Assembly (NCBI GenBank): GCA_951406725.2
Contig: OX597818.1
Coordinates: 86,986,001-87,050,000 of the forward strand
Source: Octopus vulgaris
Taxonomy: Eukaryota
Direction of reading: 5' to 3'
DNA length: 64,000 bases
Every line of letters starts with the position of its first letter. Position 1 is the stretch's first letter. A program made the translations under genes and the position numbers. Shown here one piece after another: positions 52,876 to 64,000 of this stretch. A model generated the notes under the pieces. The model saw only the letters and a program-made list of their open reading frames with translations, did not search any database and was not told the origin of the DNA.

Positions 52876-55662
52876 ATTCGGGGTTAACCACAGTAAGTAA
52901 GGTACTCAATACATAGCAGAGTAAAATTAATTTATTATATAGAAGGAGCTTTACAGGATAGTACTGTTTCATTCAAGAGAAAGAGCTTCCTGAAGATTTC
53001 TCTGAATGAAACAGTACTAGTCCTGTAGAAGCTCCTTCTATATAATAAATATATATATATATAGATAGATAGATAGATATGCAATAATTTATGTGTGTGG
53101 GTATATATAGGTACATACACACACACAAAATATTTTATATATACATAGGCGCAGGAGTGGCTGGGTGGTAAGTAGCATTACCAACCACATGGTTCCGGGT
53201 TCAGTCCCACTGCGTGGTACCTTGCGCAAGTGTCTTCTACTATAGCCTCGGGCCGACCAAAGCCTTGAGTGGATTTGGTAGACAGAAACTGAAAGACACC
53301 CGTTGTATATATGTATAAATATATATATATATCGTCTTCTAAATGTTTTGCGTTCTTGTCCCAGTTTGTATTTTTTTACATATATATATGTGTGTGTGTG
53401 TGTGTGTGCGTGTATGTTTGTGTGTCTGTGTTTGTCCCCCTAGCACTGCTTGACAACCGATGCTGGTGTGTTTATGTCCCTGTCACTTAGCGGTTTGGCA
53501 AAAGAGACCGATAGAATAAGTACTGGGCTTACATAGAATAAGTCCTGGGGTCAAGTTGCTCGATTAAAGGCGGTGCTCCAGCATGGCTGCAGTCAAATGA
53601 CTGAAACAAGTAAGAGAGAGAGAGAGTATAGGCGCAGGCGTGGCTGTGTGGTAAGAAGCTTGCTTCCCAACCACATGGTTCCAGGTTCAGTCCCACTGTG
53701 TGGCACCTTGGGCAAGTGCCTTCTACTATAGATTTGGGCCCACCAAAGCCTTATGAGTGGATCTGATAGACAGAAACTGAAAGAAGCTCATCGTGTATGT
53801 ATGTATGTATGTGCGTATATATATATATATATATGTGCATGTTCTGTGTTTATACCCCACAGCCAGTGTTGGTGTGTTTATGTACCAGACCTTACAAAAA
53901 GATAATTAGTTAGCATAAAATTCAAGATGGTGCCCCAGCATGGCCATATCCTACTGAAAGAAGTAAAAAATAAGATATAATTATGTATAGGGTGTGGCTG
54001 TTTTGTTAAAAAGCTTATTTTGCAATCACATGGTTTCTGGGTCATTGCCAACGTGCAGCCCTACTTTAGTCATGTGTTTTCCACTATAGTCCTGAATATC
54101 CTAAATGTTGGGTATGAAGTCGGATGTAGAGGGTTTGTTGGACAGTGTGAGTCACCTGTTGTTATTGTTAGGCCTAACTCATCATAAATTAAATACTACC
54201 ATGACTGATATTGAAACTACAGTGGAAAAGGCTATTAATTTATATCCCAAACACCAGCTTAATATTTCGTTTTTGGATTTGGTTTGCAAGATTCTTTATA
54301 TGTGTTCGTGTGTTGAAGCATATTTTGTTGTGTCTGGGGAGAGTCATTTTCTTTTTGTGCCTTATAATTTAACACACTCACCAGTAAAATTTGAAAAGGT
54401 TGCAAGACGCAACAAAAATTTTAGGAAAATAAAAATAAGAAAAAAGTGGAAATTTTACCGGTGAGTTTGTTAAATTATAAGCCACAAAAAGAAAATGACT
54501 CTCCCCAGACACAACAGAACCAGCTTAATAATTATTTCAAATTTTTGCCAAAAAGGCTGTTTGGGTGAGGTGGGGATGAGTCGATTACATGAACCCCAGT
54601 GTTCAACTGGTACTTATTTTATCGACCCTGAAAGGATGGAAGACAAAGTCAATCTCTGTGGAATTTGAACTCGGGATGTAGCAATGGGTGAAATACCGCT
54701 CAGCATTTTGTCCAGCGTGCTAATGATTCTGCCAGCTCTCCACCTTAAACACCAGCTTAATAATGACAAAATTAGTTTATTAAATTCTTTCTTATTTTCC
54801 AAATTAATTGAAAGAAAGACAGTGTATTTCAACATAAATATGGTGATAAAATCGTAAAGTAAGCTAAATTGGAAAGCTTCTGTCAAAATTCCATGTTAAT
54901 TTTTGTTCCAAAAAATCAGCTTAGTAACTACAGTTATTTTACTAAATTTTTCATTAATTTCAAAATTAGTTGAAATAAAAGCCATGTATTTCAACAGAAA
55001 CAATGAAGAGGTTAAAGTGACGAAAAAGTTTCCATTGAAATTTCCTGTTAATCTATATTCCAAGCACCTGCTAAACAGTTTGTGCCAGATATGGTTCAAT
55101 TAAAGGTTAAAGGGTTAATGAATATATGGATTGTTTGGCTGTAAATTTCATCTTGATGTTAACAATCTGTCTTGGTAGTTCTTTGTGTAAATTTTGGAAT
55201 CTGGCACGTAAAAAGCACCAATCCGATTGTGGCCGTTGCCAGCCTCGCTTGGCACTTAAAAAGCACCCACTACACTCATGGAGTGGTTGGCGTTAGGAAG
55301 GGCATCCAGCTGTAGAAACACTGCCAGATCAGACTGGAGCCTGGTGCAGCCTTCTGGCTTCCCAGACCCCGGTCGAACCGTCCAACCCATGCTAGCATGG
55401 AAAACGGACGTTAAACGATGATGATGATGATTTCATCTTGTCCATTTTGACATAGTTGATACCAATCTTTCTGCGACCACTTTGACCAAAGTTACTCTAC
55501 TAAATTCTTCATTATTTTCAAAAGTAATTGAAACAAAGAATTATGGTCATGAAAGGGTTAAACCCAAGCTTCTTACTTCATAAAGTGAAATGTTGCCTAT
55601 TAAATTATGTGTAATATTACTCTCTAGTTCTTTGATATTCTTAAGAATTGGTTTCTTTCCAG

Positions 55663-55793
55663 GTGGTGGAACTCCTTATAAAAAGCAGTCAATGTCAAGA
55701 ACTTTTGAAGGACCAGGCAGACGACATGGTTGATAATGAACATACCACTTGCCTCCATTTAGCTGCCAGGAATGGACACACAGATATCGTTAA
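55663..55793 (+). CDS. caskin: Caskin-like exon D (131 nt; VVELLIKSSQCQELLKDQADDMVDNEHTTCLHLAARNGHTDIV[K])
   Basis: Acceptor gtttctttccag, donor AA/gtaagt. Matches Caskin 'VVQLLL...LHLAAKNGHIDII'. The next exon was not found in the window. Confidence 0.94.
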
Positions 55794-55904
55794 GTAAGTT
55801 AGTTTGTATCTTTGTGTGTGTTGTGTGTGTGTGTACCATGTTTTTCCACCATGCAAGTCAAACTTTTTGAACCAAAATTTTCAGCACAAAGCAGTAGGTT
55901 AACT

Positions 55905-56183
55905 CAGTGGTTATCAAACTGGGTGGTAACAACCCCCCCCCCCTGGGGGCGGTGGAAAGATCCAGGTGGGTGTTGAAGAAAAATGAGACAATAATGAGGT
56001 GACGAAAACTGGGCAATGGATGTAAAAAAAAAAGAGTTTTATTTGTGAAATACTGTTGATTTGAATTTGCTGCAGAAAATGGTCTGTGATGGTGAGTGGT
56101 GGTGGTGGTGTGTGTGGGGGGTCACTGGGAATATGGCCTTAGAACCGAGGGGGCAGTAACCTGGAAAACTTTGGGAACCACTG
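55905..56183. mobile_element. hAT (Charlie-like) MITE
   Basis: TIRs CAGTGGTTATCAAA / TTTGGGAACCACTG and a perfect 8-bp TSD GGTTAACT. Confidence 0.88.
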
Positions 56184-56865
56184 GGTTAACTTATCATTAT
56201 CATCATCATTGTCATTCAACATCTGTTTTCCATGCTGGCATGGGTTGGATTGTTTGACTGAAAACTGGTAAACTGGGAGCAGAGGTTGGGGCTGCACCAT
56301 GTTCCAATCTGATTTGACATGGTTTCTGCGGCTAGATGCCCTTCCTAACACCAACCACTCCAAGAATGTAGTGGGTGCTTTTTACATGCTATTGGCACAA
56401 CATTAGCATTGGCTACGACTATGATCTCATGTGACTCAAAAGGTTCAGTCCCACTGCGTGGCACCTTGGGCAAGTGTCTTCTACAATAGCCTTGGGCCAA
56501 CCAAAGCCTTGTGAGTGGATTCGGTAGACAGAAACTGAAAGAAGCCCATCATATATATGTATATATGTGTGACTGTGTTTGTCCCCCCAATATCACTTGA
56601 CAACCGATGCTGGTGTGTTTACATCCCTGCAACTTAGCGGTTTGGCAAAAAAGACCGTTAGAATAAGTACTTGGCTTACAAATAATTAGTCATGGGGTTG
56701 GTTTGCTCGACTAAAGGCGGTGCTCCAGCATGGCCGCGGTCAAATGACTGAGACAAGTAAAAGAGACTGATGCAGCCATCTTCTTTGCACCACATGGTTA
56801 TACCAGCAGTCATCTCCCTTGTACTCATTTGTTAATATCATCTACACCAAAATTCACTCCTCAAA

Positions 56866-57321
56866 GACATACATCATCTCGAAAAAGTCCAGAAGCTGGC
56901 TACCCGCGTGGTTCTTGTTCTCAAGCATTTGTTTTATGAAGAAAGGCTGAAGACGCTCGACCTTTATTCTCTAGAAAAACGATGACGCCGTGGTGATCTC
57001 ATTCTCGCTCACAACATCATAAGCGGAAAGTGTAACCTCTCGAAAGAGCTGTTCTTCACTCCTGCTCCAGAGCGTCGGCTGTGGGGTCACTTCGAAAAGC
57101 TCTATCAAAGGAGAGATGCTTTCTCCGTCCGGGTTGTGGATTCGTGGAATAAGCTGCTGGACGAGATAGTGAAGATGCCGACGACCGCTCGGTTCAAAGT
57201 CGCTCTTGACCAGAAATGGCCTGAACTCTTTGCATGAACACCCTCCCTGTACATAACTCCATGTCCCCCTACATGGCCTTGCTTTTTGCTTTTTGAGCCA
57301 AAAAATTAACTTAACTTAACT
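56866..57321 (+). mobile_element. CR1-clade LINE 3' fragment
   Basis: LEKVQKLATR...YEERLKTLDLYSLEKR*RRGDLI...FSVRVVDSWNKL...FKVALD, then a short 3' UTR and a (TTAAC)n tail. Confidence 0.85.
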
Positions 57322-60155
57322 ATACCACTTGACTAGTGCAAATATATCTATATATCACACATCTATTCTAATACAGATGTTTCTCATGTACATCCCTGTC
57401 TGTATTACTTATCTATACTGATAACAACATCTCTCCTGTACCTCTCTGTTGAGATCATATATCTGTGCTAATACAGTTATTTATCCTGTGAATATCTGTT
57501 TGTACCATGTCTGTCTTAGTTTAGAAATCTTCTCCTACACATATCTATCAATATTACATCATCATCATCATCATCATTTAGCGTCCATTCTCCATGCTAG
57601 CATGGGTTGGATGGTTCAACTGGGGTCTGTGAAGCTGGAAGGCTTCATCAGGCCCAGTCAGATCTGGCAGTGTTTCTACGGCTGGATGCCCTTCCTAACG
57701 CCAACCACTCCGTGAGTGTAGTGGGTGCTTTTTACGTGCCACCTGCACATGTCTATTTTAATATAGGTATCACCCCTGAACCCAACTGTCTACATTATGA
57801 TTGTCCCAATAAAGTCATCTTCTCCATATACACATCTGTTAATATTGTATATCTATCCCATACATCTTTTCTGTATATACATCTGTTAATATTATACATG
57901 TATCCCATGCAGACATCTTCCCTGTCTACATAACTGTTAATATATATCTATCTAAGGTGGTGCGGTGACAGAATCATTGGCATCCCGGGCAAAATGCTCA
58001 GTAGCATTTCACTCTTGTTCTGTGTTCAAATTCCAGTGAGGTCGATTTCACCTTTCATCCTTTTGGGGTTAATAAAATAAGTACCAGTTGAGCACTGGGG
58101 TCAGTGTAATTCACTTATCCCCTCACTTGAAATTGCTAGCCCTGTGCCAAAATATGAAACCAATATTACATATCTATCCCACACAGTTATTTCCCCCCAG
58201 CTTCTATACATGGCTGAAATGAGAAGACTCAAAATGGCTTGAAAGCCATAACATGCCGACTGGGAAATAGCATTGCTAGGTAAGGCTGGCTGGCACTTAA
58301 TTTGCATTGCTGCTTGACAGGTGGGCCAAGGGAACCATCTCATTCATTGCACACCCTTCTCCCCGATAGTTTGAAGGCTTGAACCACTAGACACCTAGTG
58401 GTTACTCTGGCTATTGTAACTGAAACTAACACGGCTCTGTTGGAAGGTAGGTCTTGAGAGGGCGCAGACCAAAACTACATGCCCTTTCCCTTCATTGGTC
58501 AGTTGAAATTTAGATTGTGTCATGTGACAGTTAGCTGGCATTGGCTGCTAATGCCTACCAGCAAGTATTTGAAGGGAAATTTGGCAGGGTGGTCATTCGC
58601 CTGTTGGCATTTGTTGATGCTGCATTGAGAAAACCAAAGAAAAAAGCAAAAAAAATGCATTCAACACCAGAGCTGAAAGCACCACCACGTCAAAAACTGT
58701 AGAGGAGTAGGGGCCAAAACCGGACATGGTTCCTCCTGATGATGTCTTTAGCCACTGGATCCTATAAAGGAGCTGTTGAGGTAGCGAACCACAAGAAGTG
58801 GTTGGAATTCCCATCTGTCAATATATATATATATATGTCGTTGCTGTTATGTTAAACAATTGTATGTCCAAATTTAGCTAAATGCGTTTTTGCAATATTT
58901 AATTTTGCTTGCAATAACCGGTTCTTTTGGTCAAATTATTGTATCTCCAGCTGCTTCAGATACCGAGATATGAAAATTGTCAAAGTGTCGTACAATGGTT
59001 TAGCATTTTCCAAAAGTGTAGTAAGGCCCACATATGACAGTTTTGCAAAGATATTTCTCACTGATATTTCTCACATGCATAGAGTTATGAGTTAATGCAC
59101 CCAAGAATGATTGTTGTTAAGCTGAAACTGTTGCTAATGTAAAAAGAAATGGAATGGTGAAACTATTTTTTCATTTTCTGAAAAAGCAACGTTTTGGATT
59201 AACAACACTTGCATAATAGCAACAATATATATATATATCTCCCTAGCACACATCTCTGTATACATGTCTGTTAATATATGTCTATCCATAAGGTGGTGAG
59301 CTGGCAGAATTGTTAATGCAACAGGCAAAATACTGAGCAGCATCTCGTCCACCTTTGCATTCTGAGTTTAAGTTCCACCAGTGTTGACTTTACCTTTCAT
59401 CCTTCCAGCGTCAATAAAATAAGGACCAGTTGAGCACTGGGGTCAATGTAATTGACTTGACCCCTCCCCTGAAGTTACTGGCATTGTGCCAAAATTTGAA
59501 ACCAAAATTATATATCGGTCTTATCACACATCTGTTCTATATGCGCATCTTCCCTCTATACACATCTGTTATACATTTATATACACACCTGTCCATGTTA
59601 TATCACTGCCCTAATACAAACAGTCTCCCCTATACACTTATATTCAGATTGTGTATCTGTCTTATGTATACACAAATCTGCATTGACCTTGTGAACCTCA
59701 AAAGCATTCTGCAATGTGGCCAAACCAATGTGGCCAACCTTGTCTCCTTCAACAGCACAAAGACAATTCCATGAAATATATGTTAAGTGCTGGCAGGGGA
59801 CAAACACAGGCTCACACACACGCACACACATATTTATTGCAAGTTATTTGGTAACCCCCACCAGTTGTGGTGCCACATAAAAAGCATCCAGTCCACACTA
59901 TAGAGTAGCTGGTATTTGGAAGGGCATTCAGATGTAAAACCCATACCAAAATGGACCTTGGCAGTGCTGCTGTCACATAAAAATCCTCTCAGTTTACTCT
60001 GTGGGGTGTTTGGTGGTAGGAAGGGCATCCAACCATTGCCAAAACAGTGAGGCCTGGTGCTGACCTCTACCTGGCCAGCTCCTGTCAAGCCATCTAACCC
60101 ATGCTAGCATGGAAAATGAATGCTAAATAATGACGATGACGATGATGATGATGCT

Positions 60156-60540
60156 TCTCTTATATAAAATCTGTTGTCTGTCTGTGTGTGTGTCTTCTAG
60201 GTTCTTGGGCATCCTCCATCCAATTGTGCTCAAATTTGATTTGTAGATACCGACGGTATCAGGGCATATATAAGTCTTGAAAAAATTACAAAAATCGATT
60301 CCAGGTGAGAATGCGATCGATAAAGCCGTGGAAACGTGCATTTGTACGCGCAAGTACATCAGCTGTTGCGATCAATACTACACGTACGCGAGAAAAATGC
60401 ATGTGCAGTTTGTGCAAAAAAAGCCGGCTGGCTTGAAATAATGCCACAAAATGGGACGACCGGACAAGTTGTTTTGAGAAAATTTGGTTTAAATGTTTGA
60501 TAACTCAGAACCGTCCATTGGACAGGGGGCGTTTTGCTTG
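60156..60540 (+). mobile_element. Non-autonomous Helitron-like element
   Basis: 5' TC...TATATAAAA plus a (GTCT)-type microsatellite, a subterminal hairpin CCGTCCA/TGGACAG and a CTTG|T end (CTAG-like). CpG-rich relative to the flanks. Confidence 0.6.
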
Positions 60541-63500
60541 TACATACATATAGGCACAGACATTGCTGCATGGTAACAAGCTTGCTTCCCAACCACATGG
60601 TTTTGGGTTCAGTTGCACTGTGTGGCACCTTGGGTAAGTGTCTTCTACGATAGCCTCAGACTGACCTGAGTGGATTTGATGGATGGAAACTAAGAGAAGC
60701 TTGTCGTTTATGTGTGTGTGTGTGTGTGTTTGTTCTTCATCGCTACTTGACAATGGGTGTTGGTGTGTTTACATCCCCGTAACCTAGCAATCTAGCAAAA
60801 CAGACTGATAGTTAAGCACCAGGCTTTAGAAAAAAAATTACTGGAAATGATTTTTTCAAGTAGGCCCTCCAAGGCGGTGCCCCAGCATGGCCGCAATTCA
60901 ATGATTGATACACGTTAAAGGTAGCAGATATATATCTTAGTCAAGTGGCAGTAACGTCTAAAGCAAAGTTTTTTTGTTTTTTTTTACTTTATTTTTTATT
61001 TATTTCTTCTTTTTTTTTTATTGTGTAATATTGTTTAGGGAAAATTTCATCCTGCTTTTCAGGTTGTTTACACAACCTGGCTTTCTGAAATGACACAATA
61101 GTCAAGCTTGTGCCTGGAAATATGATGACACAGGGGGTTATACTGACATATTTAATTCTGTTGTTACATAACACAATTAGCTAACAGTCTTATAAATAGA
61201 TTGTTGCTGAAAAGCTGCGTTCGTCGTGGTTGTGCAAAGGCGGGGTGTGTGTTTCTTTTATTCTGGACTTTATGAGAAATTATCGTTTTGTAAAATAACT
61301 ACTCAAACCCAGTAAGGCAATGATTTCATTGTTATAAAAGAATACACACACACACATACATACATATTATAGGTGTGGTGTGGTTGTGGTAAGAAGTTTG
61401 CTTTCCGATCCCATGACTCCAGGTTTAGTCCCACTGTGTGGCATTCTGGGCAAGTATCTTCTCCTATAACCTTGGACCAACCAAAGACTTGTGAATGGAT
61501 TTGGTAGATGGAAACTGAAAGAAGCACCTTTTGTGTGTGTGTGTGTGTGTGTATGTACATAATAATAATAATATTAGGGAGTATAACTCCAAACTTACAG
61601 GGAAAAATTCAATTTAGTATTAAATCAAATTTCACAGTATAAATATATAAAATATAAATTAAAGATAAAACCATTATTATGCAACTCAAACAGTGATAGA
61701 CATAAACCAAAACATAAATAACAAATAATATAGATTTTTTTGTATATATATATATATACACACACATATACACACATATATACATATAGCTATGTGTGCA
61801 TGTCTTTGTGTCTCTCCCACCATCACTGGACAACCAGTGTTTATGTCCCTGTAACCTAGCAGTTCAGCATAAGAGACTGATAGAGTATGTACCAGACTCA
61901 AAAATATAAGTCTTGTTGGTTTGTTTGATTAAAATCCTTCAAGTGCCTTCAAGTATGGCTGCAGTCAAATGACTGGAACAAGTAGAAGATAAAAGATATA
62001 TGTATGTATGTATGTATGTATTATAGGTGTGGCATGTTTGTGTACTAAGAAGTTTGCTTCCTGAGCACAGGGTTCTGGGTTCAGTCCCACTGCAGGGCAC
62101 TTTGTGCAAGTGATTCCTTTATAGCTATAGGCTGACCAAAGACCTGTGTGTGGACAGAAACTGAAAGAAGGCGGCGAGCTGGCAGAAATGTTAGCACACC
62201 GGGTGAAATACTTAGCGGCATTTCGTCTGCCATTACGTTCTGAGTTCAAATTCCGCTGAGGTTGACTTTGCCTTTCATCCTTTCGGGGTCAATTAAATAA
62301 GTACTAGTTATGCACTGGAGTCGATATAATCGACTTAATCCGTTTGCCTGTCCTTGTTTATCCCCTCTATGTTTAGCCCCTTGTGGGCAATAAAGAAATA
62401 AGAAACATTAGCATGCTGGACGAAATGCTTATATTCTGAGTTCAAATTCCGCCAAGGTCGACTTTGCCTTTCATCCTTTCGAGGTTGGTAACTTAAGTAC
62501 CTGTTGCATACGGGGGTTGATCTAATCAGCTGGCCCCCTCCCCCCAAATTTTGGGCCTTGTGCCTAGAGTAGAAAAGATTATTAACATACACTGTTTCAA
62601 CACACAAATTAACATAAAGAGTCTTGCAAACCAGATACAAAAACTGTCACCTTGTATTCCGGAAAATACAATGTGTGTGTGTGTGTGTGACTTGGATGTG
62701 TTTCTTTGCCTTTCATCCTTTCAGGGTCAATAAATTAAGTGCCAGTTATGCATTGGTGTCGATGTATTCGACTTAATCCCTTTGTCTGTCCTTGATTGTC
62801 CCCTCTATGTTTAGCCCCCTGTGGGCAATAAATAAATAAGAAACTGAAAGAAGCCTATCATACTGGTGTCATGTAAAAAGTACTGGTAATGGTGCTGCAT
62901 AAAAATGATGACATTGGAGCTTGATGCAGCCTTGCAGCTCACCGAATCTTGTCAACTAGTACACTTTACAGAGTGTACTAGGCTGTTTCTTGATGCCACT
63001 GGTGTTTGTGAAGTTCCCATGTAAATTTGCAAGCTAGAAAAGGAACAGGGGGAAAAAAAGAAAAAGCTCTGAGGGGAGAACAAAGGTGAAGGTGGGTGGC
63101 TTTGTGTCAGGTTTTGAAAGGTTAACGTATGATGGAGTGACAAGCATAGGTGTCTTGCTGTCAAGAGGATACATGGCTGAATATATATATATGAATGTAT
63201 ACCTTAAAAAGTCAGGAGATCTGAGAGGTCATCATCATCATTTAACATTCACCTTCCATGCTGACATGGGTCAGACAGTTTGACAGGAACTGGCCATGCA
63301 GATGACTGCACCAGACTTCTGTCTGTTTTTTGCATGGCTTTTACAGCTGGATGCCCTTCCTAACACCAAAACAGCAACCACCCAGCAAATTTATGTGGCA
63401 TGAGTACAGGCGAGGTCTGTTTTGGCATGGTTTTTACTGCTGGAAGTCCTTCCAAATGCCAACCACTTCATAGTGTGGACTGGATGCCTTTTACGCGGCA

Positions 63501-64000
63501 CCAGAACTGGCACGGCCACCGAGTCACTTGCAAGACAAAGATCCTTTGAGAGGGGAGGGGGAATTGGAAGAGGTGATCTTGTATCAGAGAGACAGAAACA
63601 AGTATCTTGCTGTAGAGGGTGTACATGGTCACTCAGCCAGAGAAAGAGAGAGTGAGTGATCAAGAATGAGGACAAAATCAGGTGAATATATTTATTTAGC
63701 CACTTGTCATTGTTAGGATTACAGCTGTTTCGCAGCCTTCATCATGTAATAATAATTTCAATGCATAAGAAATTATGTTTGCGTGTCTGTACTAATATGC
63801 ATACTATGCATTATTATACCTGTACAATTGTATATTCACAAATCAATGCAGATGAAGCTAGCTAGCTTATAAGATTACATCAGTGATTGAACTGCATGGA
63901 ACTCTATATTGGATTACTATGTGATCTGGTCTGTTAGCCAAGGCCACTGAAAGAGCTTTCTATGCAATTCTATGAATTCTTATGTTACACTACAGATTTA

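Noticed and set aside
61063-61093. Possible next caskin exon after a cttttcag acceptor (KLFTQPGFLK*)
   Set aside because: Stop after 10 codons and no GTALHEAA-type ankyrin motif; the real exon is probably beyond the window.

Overview
Eukaryotic, AT-rich, microsatellite- and SINE-dense genomic DNA. The repeat style suggests an octopod cephalopod (inference). The whole window lies inside one + strand gene. Four short GT-AG exons (1061-1158, 40794-40939, 49122-49217, 55663-55793) splice in frame into consecutive N-terminal ankyrin repeats of a Caskin-family scaffold protein, and the first intron is 39.6 kb. The ORF track misses two of these exons, and nearly all of its long ORFs are low-complexity artefacts. 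The introns hold several tRNA-derived SINE families, LINE remnants (Tx1/L1, R4/Dong, RTE-like, CR1), Tc1/mariner, hAT and piggyBac-type MITEs and a non-autonomous Helitron. The most notable signals are: (1) minimal type-I hammerhead ribozyme motifs in short elements within (TA)n tracts, one with a U3-A8 compensated core; (2) a 5'-inverted, twin-primed non-L1 LINE insertion with an 11-bp TSD; (3) a tRNA-Asp/SINE-tail chimera; (4) an apparent Tx1-LINE/SINE partner pair; (5) several near-perfect hairpins near the exons. Exon and motif coordinates were counted by hand; repeat boundaries are approximate.
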